A stretch of DNA of 63,702 bases, counting the filler, from Nemertoderma westbladi (lineage: Eukaryota; Animalia; Xenacoelomorpha), in the NCBI GenBank assembly GCA_032718475.1. It is 4 parts of 4 records of this genome, joined end to end, with 100 filler letters (N's around TTAATTAATTAA, not from the genome) between each part and the next. Parts side by side here need not be neighbours in the genome. Positions count along the whole stretch, not along the records: positions 24,484 to 46,680 come from JAUCBJ010005054.1; positions 46,781 to 53,749 come from JAUCBJ010002318.1; 2 more parts are not named here. The stretch is one strand, 5' to 3'. Positions 36,236 through 49,793 of the stretch are shown one piece after another. Position numbers and translations under genes: made by a program. The notes under the pieces were generated by a model. The model searched no databases. It was not told the origin of the DNA and saw only the letters and a program-made list of their open reading frames with translations. Every line of letters begins with the position of its first letter. Position 1 is the stretch's first letter.

Positions 36236-37781
36236 TATGGTATTTTCAAAAAACTAAATATGCCATTAACTTCATCATATCAAAAATAGTAATCTTCAAT
36301 AAATTTTAACTAATCATATCTACAGATATACTATAAGAGCTGTTGCTATGGCAGTTTCCTCCGTTGCTATGTTTAAGACCCTCTAAAAAATCAGCTCAAC
36401 CGTTTGGTGAAGTCTACCCAATTTGTTATAATGTCCGATATCAGTACTAAACATCTATATGGGGCTGGGGTAGCTCAGTCGTATAAAAACACTTTACAGG
36501 GTCATAGACTGGAGCCTGTATTACATATAGAAACACCTAGATTTATAAACATTGAGGCAGAAAACAACAGTTGGACATTTTTTTTACCGACGAAAATACG
36601 AAATTAAACATCATGATTATTTAAATATTTCCGTTGCTATGTTAACCCGAGCGGGTTTTATAAATTGCAGAAATAGATAACAATTCAACCAGTATGTAGG
36701 AGTGTGGAACAATTCAACCAGTGTGGATACACTGCGATGTACCGGTACTAAACTAGACTTTAAATGATACCGCCTGAACTCTGAAACTGCAAGCTTGACG
36801 ATGAGTAGGTGTGGCATTCAAGGCGATAAATGCTCCGTTAGATGGAAACCACAATGAGACTAAACGACAAAACGAAGTTTGGACTTCGTCGTCTTCATTC
36901 TGAGTTTATTGGACATCAGTCTTCCATTCCGGGTTTATTTGGACTCGGCGACTTTGTTCTCGGGTTTACTTTTACTCCATGTGCACCTGCCATATTAATG
37001 TTCCACCGAGCATTTTTCGCCGCCACATCGTATTCATCGTGAAGCCTTCAGTTAGTCGGAATCGTTAATATGAGTAGTCTAGTCTAGTACAGTAGTACCG
37101 GTACAACGCAGTGCATTCTACTGAAGTACTGGCTAAATTGTTATCAATTCTGAAATTTAAAACTCCTTAAAGTTTAAAACTCCTGGCAACGAACGGTACG
37201 GCAACGGTAGTTAACTATGTCGTTTTCGTTTGAATTTTCGCTAAACAAAGTAGCAAAGCATAGTTTCTGCCTCATTTTTAATAAATCTAGGTGTTTCGAG
37301 ATGTTTCCGGCCTTTATCAAACTCGTTGTTTATTCTAGCTGTAGATGCTTCCAGGTATTAGAACGTTTGAACGACAATTCAGCCATTAATTATCGGGTAT
37401 AACTTTTCGCCGTATCCGTATCCGTATGCATTTGCCGTATCCGTATGCACATACGCGTGGATTCCTATGGAGAATAATCCGTATGTGATTTTAAAGATTA
37501 GGCATTGCGGACCAGTAAGAAGTGCACAACACACATGCAGTGCAGACTGAAGACAGGTAGACCTACTTAAAGCTAAGTGATTTAAAGAGTGTGGCTGCCG
37601 CTAACCTATGTCAAATAAACATTGTAGGTCCAGGATGAGTATGACAGATGATGTCCTTCAGTCCCGCTGTGTTGCACTCGCTGACACGTGGTTTGACTAA
37701 CTGGCACTAGGTTGGTTTTGTTGGCACTTTGGCTGCATAGGGCCTGCTATGGTCAACTAAATACTGGCCCCGATTATATAT

Positions 37782-38418
37782 TACTACTACTGTACTACTA
37801 CGTCGAGAGAACTCGGACAGTGGAAATGAGATCCTTCCAGGCTTCCCGATTCTCTATAGTTGTCGCAATTTCGTTTCTCCCAAGTTCGGTATCCCTTTCA
37901 AGTTGATCTATATATGTTATGGCCGGTCGTCCACGACTACGCTTTCCATGAGTTGGTTGCCAGAAAAGTAGATCTGGTATGACCTCGTCTTTACTTCGCC
38001 AGCAGTGCCCACTGAATCTTAATCTGCGTTCACAGAAGGTGGTTGATACAGGTGGTATTGTACCATAAAGCTCGGCGGTTTGTCATGTGTTGTCTCCAGC
38101 TGATGTTTAGGGCTGCCCTTAGTAGTCTTGTGTAGCAACCATCAATTCGTTGTTCAAGTGATTTAGTCAGTGTCCAGGTCTCACCCCCATATAAAAATAC
38201 ACTTTCCACTGTGGCTCGAAAGAACTTAGTCTTCAGGTGCCTGGAGAGATCTGATTTCCAGATGGTATCCATTTTTGATAGAGCTACCCAAGCCTTTGCT
38301 TTCCTAACTTCTATGTCCTTTTTGCTACTCCCCTATCCATGATCCAAGGTACTGGAAGTCATCGACCTTCCTTAGTTGATTATTATCAATGGTTGTCAAG
38401 TTTCCATCAACATTAAAC
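37782..38418 (-). mobile_element. RTE-clade LINE, 5'-truncated (copy 2)
   Basis: IWKSDLSRHLKTKFFRATVESVFLYGGETWTLTK...DGCYTRLLRAALNISW, with a (GTA)n tail. Confidence 0.9.
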
Positions 38419-38633
38419 CTTGTTTTGGCTCTTTGCCATCTGAGTAGCATGGCGGTAGCCATGCGGTAGCCATTACATGAATTCCAGAATACCTATATCA
38501 GAGGGGGTGTCATGCTGTCATATGGATACTCATGGAGGCGGATGGTCTGACTCTTCCATGGCGACGAAAGCAGGTCGCGACCCCCTTATCCCTCACATCC
38601 AATGCCAATCCAGCCAATCATGTACTCCATCTA

Positions 38634-39838
38634 CAGTCCCGCTCACCAACAGAGTGCCATCGGATCCGATCGGATCCAACACACTCCGACAGCTTCAAAC
38701 AAGCACAATGCTAACCTACGGAGATTTAGTACTGTTTGATTCTGTTGGAGAAAATATTTCCAACAAGTTTAGTCTGTTGGAGCCCATCTGAATCTGTCTG
38801 AAATCCGTCTGAAAGTGTTTGAAATTTCTGTTGGATGTTGTTGGAAGCTATCTGAAGTTGTTTGAAGTTGTCTGAAGTTGTCTGAAACTGTTTGAAGTTG
38901 TCTGAAGATGTTTGACGCCATCGGAATTTGTTGGAATTTGCCAATGCTTTACAAAAGCGTAGTTCATTAACGAAATGTCAATCACTTTAACTCTCAATTT
39001 GAAGTGATTGTGAGGGTGTGCTATTGTCAATTATAAACCGAAACAAAGATTTGTTTCATTTAACAATTTTTATTTACATAATTATGTCGTTAATTATATC
39101 AATTAATTAACTAGAATGCATAAACGAATAATAAATTCCTATAATATAAATTCCGATAAATGAATATAATAACACCAACACGTTTTTAATTCCTTAATTT
39201 AATTAGAAATGTAAATAATGCTATAAATATATTAGTTTCTTTGACGTAGGGCACTAAATACTGCACATAAACAGATATAAACACAAACAGATTAAGCAAA
39301 CAGAAATATAATTACAATGAGTGAAAAAAATATTTTTGGTTAATTTTATTAGTTGTGTTGAAAGAGCATCGAAATGAAAAGGTTTGCACGTAATACTTCT
39401 AGCCCAACTATTTTTTCGCGCACCTACCCTATTTGAGTAAATTACATTCACACACTCAAACCGACCTCACTAATGGGCTGTTCCTTCAGGTCAGCTTAAG
39501 TTACAGTGGGAATGTTCAAGGGCGCCGCCAGTGGCCAGTCCACTCTGTCGTTATTGTGGCTTTATGAATGGAGTTCCTTTAGTAGTTTCAAACGCTTTCA
39601 TTCTATCTGCGCGCAAGAAGATGGGAGTTGAGTTGGGGTTGCGGTTGAGTGTGGGTGGAGTGATTGACAGGTTGTTGGAAGTTGTCTGATTCTGTTTGAA
39701 ACTGTCTGAATCTGTTTGAAACTGTCTGAATCTGTTTGAAGTTGTTGGACTGTTGGAGTTTGTCTGAAAGTGTTTGAAGCTGTTGGATCCGATCGGTTCA
39801 GATCGGATCCGATGGCACTCTGTTGGTGAGCTGGACTG
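38634..39838. mobile_element. Tc1/mariner-like non-autonomous element
   Basis: ta|CAGTCCCGCTCACCAACAGAGTGCCATCGGATCCGATC ... GATCGGATCCGATGGCACTCTGTTGGTGAGCTGGACTG|ta. Internal 10-bp GT(T/C)TGAA repeats. Confidence 0.85.
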
Positions 39839-39845
39839 TATATCA

Positions 39846-40812
39846 ATGTTAACGAAACACTTCCTTTCTATGAGGCCGTTGTCGGTAATATTTAAAGACG
39901 TCATCAATATCCATAGCAACGGCGACGCATCGGCACAGGGCACTATACTGAAACTAACGGTGGACCACCCAATAGCGAAGGAATTCCCACCCTCGAGAAC
40001 TTATCTTATAAACTTCCTCAAGTTTCTCTTTAATAATGTTACCGAAGTTAGCGACATGGTGTATGAAAGATTCTCTCCGCTTATGGCTCAACCCGATTCG
40101 CAGACCAACTGCTTCTGGACTTACGTTTTACCCTGCGACTGCTGCGTGACTATTCGCGAGAACGTTGTCACCCTATCTGGGGGAACTACCGGTTTGGTTA
40201 GCTGGCCAGCGGGTTTCTCGCTGACGGAATGGTTGAGTGCACGACTCCATCTAACGGACGGTAATAGAATCCTAGAGTTGGGATGCGGCGCGGGTTTGTC
40301 CGGTATAATTACGTGTATGACGTCACTTCCTGCGGGGTACACGTTTACGGAGTGCGAGCTTAAACGTTCTGGACAATTTACGCGAGAATATTCGCATTAA
40401 CTGCCTCAACTCAAAGGCTTTTCAATGCAAACAGAATCATCAGCTTCAAAAGGATTACATTAGAGTGCAGCCCCTTGATTGGAGTTTGTCTAATTGCGAT
40501 CAAGCGGTTGACAGATGTATACGATATTATTGTCGCCACTGATGTGACCTTTGACCCCGAGAGTCTACCAGGTCTAGTTAACCTACTCCATATTATCTGT
40601 TATCAACCAGCAACTCAGCCAATCCATCTCGCTGCGCTTATATTTCTTGCACTATTAGAAATCCAACTACTCATACATTGTTTACTCAGTTGCTGGACAA
40701 CGCCGGTCTTATTACTGTTTACGAAAACATTGACAGACCCGAGTTGTTCTATTACGACAGGAATCAACAATTTGCTGTCCTTAACATAAAAATGAGCTTC
40801 CCTTTCAAATAA
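39846..40812 (+). pseudogene. EEF2KMT: Protein-lysine N-methyltransferase EEF2KMT (FAM86) homolog, intronless, about 3 frameshifts
   Basis: FAM86-like TVDHPIAKEFPPSRTY; GTTGLVSW; SAM motif ILELGCGAGLSG. Then in shifted frames NVLDNLRENIRIN...LDW, DIIVATDVTFDPE and YISCTIRNPTT, collinear with known EEF2KMT motifs. Stop at 40810-40812. Confidence 0.85.
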
Positions 40813-40843
40813 TATTTCTGCAAATTTTGTTATTCTGTATATA

Positions 40844-41345
40844 TAGGGTGAGTGAGGGAGACTTGAGAGTTATAATCGCTCTAAATAACAGATAAATAAA
40901 TTTTTCAATGCCGTTTTAACTTTTTTAAATTACATTTATGATTGCTACTGTATCATTATGTGAGAGTTTGAGATTTTAAACTCTTAAACTTTTTTTATTA
41001 AACCAATTATACGTATTTTCGAAAAAGCGTCAAGTCTCCCTCAATGGGGGGAGACTTGACACCTAGGGTGGGAGACTTGAACCCCACCTCGCATACTTGT
41101 AAATTCGTTCAAAAATGCAGAGGAAGTGTAATAATTACATGTTCAACATGTCTATTTTCTAGTAGAGCAAAAAAAAATTCAAAAAATGCGATTGTTAAAT
41201 TGTTAAAATATTAATCCAAAATTTTATACAAATTGTCTATTTTCTAGTAGAGCAAAAAAAAATTCAAAAAATGCTATTGTTAAATTGTTAAAATATTAAT
41301 CCAAAATTTTATACAAATTTAGGTGGTCGTTCACATGGTTCTCCC
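40844..41345. mobile_element. One end of a TIR DNA element (unclassified)
   Basis: Starts TAGGGTGAGTGAGGGAGACTTGA. GGGAGACTTGA recurs in both orientations at ~41030-41080. There is an ~88-bp tandem duplication at ~41150-41320. Confidence 0.45.
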
Positions 41346-41347
41346 AA

Positions 41348-43373
41348 CTACTACTACAGTACTAGGTCGAGCGAACTCGGACAGTGGAAATGAGATCCTT
41401 CCAGGCTTCCCGATTCTCCATAGTTGTCGCAATTTCGTTTCTCCCAAGTTCAGTATCCCTTTCAAGTTGATCTATATATGTTATGGCAGGTCGTCCACGA
41501 CTACGCTTTCCATGAGTTGGTTGCCAGAGAAGTAGATCTGGTATGACCTCGTCTTTACTTCGCCAGCAGTGCCCACTGAATCTTAATCTGCGTTCACGAA
41601 GGGTGGTTGATACAGGTGGTATTGTACCATAAAGCTCGGTGTTTGTCATGTGTTGACTCCAGTTAATGTTTAGGGCTGCCCTTAGTAGTCTTGTCCGTAT
41701 AAAAATCACTTTCCACTGTGGCTCGAAAGAACTTAGTCTTCAGGTGCCTGGAGAGATCTGATTTCCAGATGGTATCCATTTTTGATAGAGCTACCCAAGC
41801 CTTTGCTTTCCTAACTTCTATGTCCTTTTTGCTACTCTCTATCCATGATCCAAGGTACTGGAAGTCATCGACCTTCCTTAGTTGATTATTATCAATGGTT
41901 GTCAAGTTTCCATCAACATTAAAGGTCATGAATTCGGTCTTGGTAGCATTTATATGCAATCCAACCTCCTTAGCAGCCCTCTCCACTTTATTTAGTAGAA
42001 GCTGTGCATCTGCTAGCGTATTAGAGAGCAGGGCGATGTCATCCGCAAAGTCGGTGTCTGTGACTGTAGTTGCCGGATATCTACTACTTCTGCGTTCTTG
42101 AAGTGTGAATCCCAGATCTTCACCCTTTGTGGCTGTCCTCATTGCGTAATCCAGCACAATTACAAATAGTAATGGTAATAATGTGTCACCTTGCAGTACG
42201 CCAGCCAGGATTGAGAAAAACTCAGTTTCATCATCTGGTGAGAGTACCTGCGCTTCTGTGTCACAATATAACAATCCAATGCCTGCAACAATTACTTCTG
42301 GTATTCCATAAGCTCTTAGGATTTCAAGCATTTTACCTCTATGGATGGAGTCGAATGCCTTCTTGAAGTCCACAAAAGTCATGACTGCGGGGAGATTCTT
42401 TGACTTAATTCCTTCAATCAGTCTCCGTAGTGCAAGTATCTGAGCTATTGTTGATCTACTTATTCGAAATCCGTTTTGGCTCTTACGCAGTAGTTTCTCT
42501 ATGTGAGGCCTAATCCTATATAGAATCATTTTATTCTATATTTTGGCAGCTACTGTACCACAAGCAGACAGATCCTACGATAGTTTGTTGGTATGCCGAG
42601 GTCTCCTTTCTTGGGGAGAGGCTTTAGTTGACCTTTAGTCCAAATTGGTGGTGGCTTTTCCCCTTTTAACATCCGGGTGCAAACATTCAATAATGGTCTA
42701 TTTAGCACTCCGGTTTTCCATACCTCCGCTGGGATTTCATCTAATCCACTCGCTTTAATATTGGACATGCTTTTAATGCTTCTTTGGAGTTCGGCAGGTG
42801 TGAAGTCCCCTGTTTCTATAGGTAGTGTCTTGTCATATATTTTCCTTGTAGGGCTGACCTCGATGTTTGGTGGCTGCCCAAGCAAGTTGCTGAAGTGATT
42901 TTTCCACTTCCCAACACGTTCTTCAGGACTATCCGCTTTGAGGCGCCCCTTTGCACAACTTGTCCGACCAGATACCTCATTTACAGTTTGCCAGGTAAGT
43001 CTTGATTGTTGCTGTATGTGAGCAGTTGTAATTGCTTCAGTTTTATCCTGTATGTACTTTTCCTGGCTGATGTTGTAGGCCAATTTAAGATCGTCCTTAG
43101 CTTTCTCAAACTTGTTAATGTTTTCGGTTGTTGGTTGTTCGGTTTTAACTTTGTAGGCTATCTTAAGATCTTCTCTCTTACAAGTAACCTCAGAGTTTTG
43201 CCATGGCACATACTGTTTTCGTTTAGGTTTCTGGGGGATATGCCTCTTAGCTGATTCCTTGTGGGCTGTTATTATATTCTGGTATATTGAATCGGTGGAT
43301 TGGTCTTCATCCATTGACTGAAGTGCTTCAAAGCGGTTTTGAACTTCTACTGTATAAGCATCCTTTACAGCAT
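41348..43373 (-). mobile_element. RTE-clade LINE (copy 3) with frameshifted RT
   Basis: PLPKKGDL..PTNYR, FVDFKKAFDSIHR, GVLQGDTL, DTDFADDIALL and FQYLGS, with a (GTA)n tail. Small deletion near 41695 relative to copy 2. Confidence 0.92.
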
Positions 43374-43398
43374 TATATATTATTATATGTTAATAAAT

Positions 43399-46202
43399 CG
43401 CAATAATTTGCCTTTTCCGTTTAAATCCTTTTTTTGTCCTTTTTTTTTACTTTTTATGTCCTCCAAAAATCTACCGTTAGGTTCCTTGCTACAGGTTTCT
43501 CTACTGCTGTTCTCTTAGGCTATAAGTACCGGTATTAGTATATATAAACGCAATAATTTTTATTGTCCGTTTAAATCCTTTTTTTGTCCTTTTTTTTTAT
43601 TTTTTATGTCCTTCAACCGGTTTCTCTACTGCTGTTCTCTCAGGCTATCAGTACCGGTATTAGTATATATAGCACTATTTTGCTGTATTGTATGTACAGA
43701 TGTAGGTATAAAGCAGGTATTTCTGTATTTTAGTACCGGTACCGGCACCGGTACTGCTATAGGCCTACTGTGTAGCCTACCATTTAAATACGGTAATGGT
43801 AGGCCTACCGGTTGTGCTAATAAATTTTAAATAATTGATAGGCCAAACTGGATTGCAGGATATTGTGGAAAATGTGGATATACCTTTCACATAATTTAGG
43901 CCTTACTGTATTAGTTTTATAATCAATAATGGATCATGACTACTGTCTGAGTAGTGTTACGGATAGCGGCACCACTACTTCCAACAGCACAGAAGGCCCG
44001 CCTCTGTAACCTGCCCCTTTCCCTCAATTAAATGATCGTTTATTGTTTTGGTTAGATAATCCCGCCTCTGTAACCTGCTCCTTTCCCTCAATTGGTAATG
44101 TTATTGTTTATTGTTTTGGTTAGAAAATCCCGCCTCTGTAACCTGCTCCTTTCTCTCAATTGGTAATGTTATCGTTTATTGTTTGGTTAGAAAATCCCGT
44201 CTCTGTAACCTGCTCCTTTCCCTCAATTAGTTAAATGATTGTTTATTGTTTTGGTTAGAAAATCCCGCCTCTGTAACCTGCCCCTTTCCCTAAATTAGTT
44301 AAATGATCGTTTATTGTTTTGGTTAGAAAATTCCGCCTCTGTAACCTGTCCCTTTCCCTCAATTAGTTAAATGATCGTTTATTGTTTTGGTTAGAAAATC
44401 CCGCCTCTGTAACCTGCTCCTTTCCCTCAATAAGTTAAGTGATCGTTTCTTGTTTTGGTTAGAAAATCCCACCTCTGTAACCTGCTCCTTTCCCTCAGTT
44501 AAATGATCGTTTATTGTTTTGGTTAGAAAATCCCGTCTCTGTAAACCTGCTCATTTCCCTGATTTGGTAAAGTGACTGTTTATTGTTTTGGTTAGAAAAC
44601 TCGGCATTAACCTGCTCCTTTCCATCAATTGGTAATTGTTTTTGGCTATAAAATGAGTGTTTTGCTACGTCATGTGGTAATCGATTATCGACAACAACCA
44701 CAAACTATTAAATATAGAGTCTTTTTACCACAGGCGCATATGGAAATCTATCTCATAGTCTATAAATCATGGAATCATGGAATGTTTTGGCACAGGCATA
44801 GTGAAATCAACTGTCTGACAGTCCAGAAATCAGCAGTCTGACAGTTTGAAGAAATACATACATAAAAAGTCATTAAAAGGACAATAAAAGTCATTAAAAG
44901 GACAACAAAAGTCATTATGCATAATTCGTAAAAAAAAAATGACAAAAAAAGTCAAATAAAAGGACATAAAAAATGGCAAAAAGCGGTAAAAAGACTCTAT
45001 ATTTAATAGTTTGTGGTTGTTGTCGATAATCGATTACCACATGACGTAGCAAAACACTCATTTTATAGCCAAAAACAATTACCAATTGATGGAAAGGAGC
45101 AGGTTAAGGCCGAGTTTTCAAACCAAAACAATAAACAGTCACTTTACCAAATCAGGGAAAGGAGCAGGTTACAGAGACGGGATTTTCTAACCAAAACAAT
45201 AAAGAGATCACTTAACTAATTGAGGGAAAGGAGCAGGTTACAGAGGCGGGATTTTCTAACCAAAACAATAAACGATCATTTAACTAATTGAGGAAAAGGG
45301 ACAGGTTACAGAGGCGGAATTTTCTAACCAAAACAATAAACGATCACTTAACTAATTGAGGGAAAGGAGCAGGTTACAGAGGAGGGATTTTCTAACCAAA
45401 ACAATAAACGATCATTTAACAAATTGAGGGAAAGGGGCAGGTTACAAAGGCGGGCCTTTCTAACCAAAACAATACACGGTCACTTTACCAATTCAGGGAA
45501 AGGAGCAGGTTACAGAGGCGGGATTTTATAACCAAAACAATAAACGATCATTTAACTAATTGAGGGAAAGGGGCAGGTTACAGAGGTGGGATTTTCTAAC
45601 CAAAACAATAAACGATCATTTAAATAATTGAGGGAAAGGAGCCGGTTACAGAGACGGGATTTTCTAACCAAAACAATAAACGATAACATTACCAATTGAG
45701 AGAAAGGAGCAGGTTACAGAGGCGGGATTTTCTAACCAAAACAATAAACGATAACATTACCAATTGAGGGAAAGGAGCAGGTTACAGAGGCGGGATTTTC
45801 TAACCAAAACAATAAACGATCACTTAACTAATTGAGGGAAAGGAGCAGGTTAAGGCCGGATTTTCTAACCAAAACAATAAACAGTCACTTTACCAAATCA
45901 GGGAAAGGAGCAGGTTATCCGTAACACTACTCAGACAGTAGTCATGATCCATTATTGATTATAAAACTAATACAGTAATAGGCCTAAATTATGTGAAAGG
46001 TATATCCACATTTTCCACACTCCTGCAATCCAGTTTGGCCTATCAATTATTTAAAATTTATTAGCACAACCGGTAGGCCTGCCATTACCGTATTTAAATG
46101 GTAGGCTACACAGTAGGCCTATAGCAGTACCGGTGCCGGTACTAAAATACAGAAATACCTGCTTTATACCTACATCTGTACATACATAATACAGCAAAAT
46201 AG
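43399..46202. mobile_element. Cluster of MULE-family non-autonomous copies: partial left end, full copy 43549-44986 (plus), inverted copy 44985-46202 (minus)
   Basis: Ends CGCAATAATTTTTATTGTCC and GGACATAAAAAATGGCAAAAAGCGG. Arrays of ~67-bp units at ~43995-44640 and ~45075-45915 in opposite orientations. Confidence 0.8.
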
Positions 46203-46215
46203 GGGTAAATCTTTT

Positions 46216-46437
46216 CGACCTACGGGTAGGCCTACGCGTAGCTACGCGTAGCTACGCGTAGTTTGTAACTTCCATTCCTGTCATTTACCGGTAGGGCCAG
46301 ACTTACTGCCTTTTTAACAACTACGCGTAGGTGTTTTAAAACTTCGCGTAGTTATTTTGGAACTACGCGTAGGTATTTTGAAACTACGCGTAGGTGCTAC
46401 GCGTAGATACGCGTAGGTGCTACGCGTAGCAGTCCTG
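46216..46437. repeat. CTACGCGTAG palindrome cluster, possible hAT-type subterminal region
   Basis: About 10 copies of CTACGCGTAG, ending in CAGTCCTG (reverse complement CAGGACTG). Confidence 0.55.
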
Positions 46438-46680
46438 ATAACAATTATTTTTCATTTCAGGTCCGGTAGGGTTGAGTTGTTAGGCAAGTATCGGTATGTC
46501 AGGTATCTGATTATCAGACAAATGTAATAACAGAATCGGAAACTCATATCTCTATATACAGAACTGGTAATAAATAATATTCGGCTCTTTCACATACAAA
46601 CACAGAGGATGAATAAAAAGTAAACTTAAAATTCACGTCTCATGATTCAAGTATCTTTGTTTCCATTGGATTATTTAAAT

Positions 46681-46780
46681 NNNNNNNNNNNNNNNNNNNN
46701 NNNNNNNNNNNNNNNNNNNNNNNNTTAATTAATTAANNNNNNNNNNNNNNNNNNNNNNNNNNNNNNNNNNNNNNNNNNNN
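46681..46780. other. Artificial contig spacer
   Basis: N-TTAATTAATTAA-N. Confidence 0.97.
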
Positions 46781-48480
46781 TACTAATATATGTTTGCAAT
46801 GATAATGTTTTAAAAAAGGCAAACATGTACAAGTCGACATCTTATAATCCTTAGGACAGAAAGATATTTTCCAGAAACCTAGTCTTAAATCTCTATAAGA
46901 ATCGAAAGTACCGGCAATCTTTGGTGTCTCGAAGATGTATATCGCCGCATCCTCTATTGTGACAGGGGTCCTACCAGATGCAGCGACTATAAAATCCGCG
47001 TCATTAACTCGCACCATTGGACGCCTTTCTCTGGCGAACGAGTCCGCATTGCACCAATCGGTATGGGACAGTTTTGGCTCAATACAGAAGGGTTTCGCAT
47101 TGACGTTTCGCGGGTCTTTGTCGTACGCCCATTGCTGCACCAGCTGCTCCATTGAGAGGAGAAACTGGTGCATAGGCAATCGTTCTCTAAACGTGGTCTG
47201 ATCTTTAATATAACGATTGGTGGACTCCAGACCGTTATTAGTAGACGGATGTCCAGCAGCGAATCCCTCGTACCACTTAGAGTTCGAGTCCACATACAAA
47301 GTTTGAAACTTTTCAAGGAATTTGGCAGGTGCAGTTTCGAATTGCCACTTCTGCTTCAGAAGTTCCCATGAATGGGAGAAGTGTTCCTCATTCAGAGAAG
47401 ATTGAAGAAAATACACGTCGTCCAGGAGAAGTGATCTGACTTTTCTATCTTTGATGGATGCGATTTCTTTTTCAATCAATCTCAAGATGTGGGCCCAACA
47501 GTGAACCCGGTGAAAGTTAGGCCCGAAAGCTGCGACAAAAGCTGAGGTAATTGCCGTGGAGCAATCAGCGATAAGAACGGTTGGGTTATATGGTTCATTT
47601 TCCAATGATTCCACACAATACGACAACTCACGGAAAACATACTCAAAATCGCTCGCATTCTCGGTTGAAGAAACTGCCATGCATAGTGGGTGAAATGTTT
47701 TAGACCTATCGGTGCATCCGGTAACCAAAACAGGAAAACCATTCCAGTTAAGTTTGTAGGTAGCAGCCGTACATAAGTTGTAGTCTGGGCGAGCTTTGGC
47801 AAAACGAACCAACCGTTTACAAGTGAAAATAATTCGGAATAATCCAAAGTCCGCGTCGATTACATGGGCAACTAGCAGCTCATCCTCAGAAACGTGAAGA
47901 ATTTGTGAGATGTGCGTCTTTGTTAAGCAATATGCCTCCAACTCACCATAGTTAACTATAGGAGGATTAACCAAATGTTTATAGCGGTATAAGAAATTAC
48001 GCAGTTTAACTATATCCAGTTGTATACCTCGCTCCCCCAATTTACGACTAATTTGAGCTGGTTTCGTAAATCCATCGGTGTAAAGCGATATAATGGCAGT
48101 CTTCGTAGATTCGGATAGCGCGCCGAGTTCGACGTCATGGTTATGTTCGGCATTGGACTTAAATAGTTCGCATTCAGAACTGTTAGGGGCTACGAGCAGA
48201 TAACACACTTTTGGACATTTCTCAGTGTATTTTCTACGGTTCATTGGGCAGTGATAAGTAATCCTGGTGGAACCATCTTTCAAATATTTATTCTCTTTGA
48301 AACGGACATCATTTTCTTTCTCAAGATAATGCTTACCTTGGGAAACGTCTGAGAATGTACGAATCCGTATATACCCTTTATTGGACGAACCTCTTGGACG
48401 TCCGATCCTTTGGGCTAAAAACGGGTCGTTGTTTTCGCTATCATTGTGACTACCGGTATCAAACGGTAACGGGGTATAAC
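46781..48480 (-). pseudogene. MULE/MuDR transposase with SWIM finger; first catalytic Asp replaced by Ala
   Basis: CTAATYKLNWNGFPVLVTG (normally D-x-TYK), LIADCSTAI, HCWAH, STNNGLESTN and CTCLPFLKHYHCKH. The frame stays open upstream of 48283 and includes an AT-hook GRPRG. Cut by a gap. Confidence 0.88.
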
Positions 48481-48531
48481 ATGTCAGACATGTATAAGTA
48501 TAGTTTTTTCGAGTACGGATGAGTTTATGAA

Positions 48532-49032
48532 CTGATCTGTGCTGTTGGAAGTAGTGGTGCCGCTATCCGTAACACTACTCCAGACAGTAGTCATGATCCA
48601 TTATTGATTATAAAACTAATACAGTAATACTAATACAGTAATACAGTAATAGGCCTAAATTATGTGAAAGGTATATCCACATTTTCCACAATCCTGCAAT
48701 CCAGTTTGGCCTAACAATTATTTAAAATTTATTAGCACAACCGGTAGGCCTACCATCAGACCATTACCGTATTTAAATGGTAGGCTACACAGTAGGCCTA
48801 TAGCAGTACCGGTGCCGGTACTAAAATACAGAAATACCTGCTTTATACCTACATCTGTACATACAATACAGCAAAATAGTGCTATATATACTGATACCGG
48901 TACTGATAGCCTGATAGAACAGCAGTAGAGAAACCGGTAGCATGGAACCTAACATTAGACTTTTGGAGGACATAAAAAATAAAAAAAAAAGGACAAAAAA
49001 AGGATTTAAACGGACAATAAAAATTATTGCGG
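48532..49032 (-). mobile_element. Left terminus of the MULE element
   Basis: Begins CCGCAATAATTTTTATTGTCC on the minus strand, upstream of the transposase. Shared with the copies at 31539 and 43549. Confidence 0.75.
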
Positions 49033-49793
49033 TAATAAACTGCCTAATTTGAACAGTGATTTACACAAAGATAGTATAGGGTATCTGAATGTTGATATCA
49101 ATGGGATCCCGAGGCGTACAGTGACGTCACGACCAATCACAGATCGTTCTCAAATTTTGAATAATTTTTAAACTGCAAACACCAATATCTCGGCTATTTT
49201 AGCATCTTATTGAATTCTGTAAACGCCATTGTGTTTCTGTGATATTATTGCATCTAATTAATCTGGTTTTGAATTTGAGTCGTGTACCCCATTAACAACA
49301 CGTTGTGGGGTCTTCGAGCAGCACGTGTTCAAATGTTCAATGACTGAGCAGCGACTAATTAACAAATTTATGAGGGATTCATTGACCAGCTACCGACAGA
49401 CCAATATTGTCACATATATTTTAGTTTAATGTTTGATTCAATTAAAGGCACAAATTAAAAAGGCTACAAATATATAGGGGTGAATAATTAAATTAGTCAC
49501 CCATTAAAAGGTAGCCAAATATAAGTTGCAATCTATATAAATTTTTAAATTCAGTAGTGTGCTTGTGTTGTGTATTGATTCCGTAGATTTCATGTTGAAA
49601 TAGCGTTCATTAATTTAATTTCTATTTAATGATTCAGGCATACTAATACACACATTAAATTAGTTCGTGTGTGTTAAGTGTGTAAGATTTGATTGTTTCG
49701 TCACGAAACCAATAGGGCACAGAAACTGACGGATTCTTCGCGAATTTCGCAAACGTCGCAAACTTCGGGAATTTGTTCTATAATTTTGACTCC

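Noticed and set aside
35826-36650. Clustered GTTGCTATG half-sites as RFX X-box promoter elements
   Set aside because: The palindromes are imperfect, this motif is common in non-autonomous DNA elements, and no associated transcription start can be supported.
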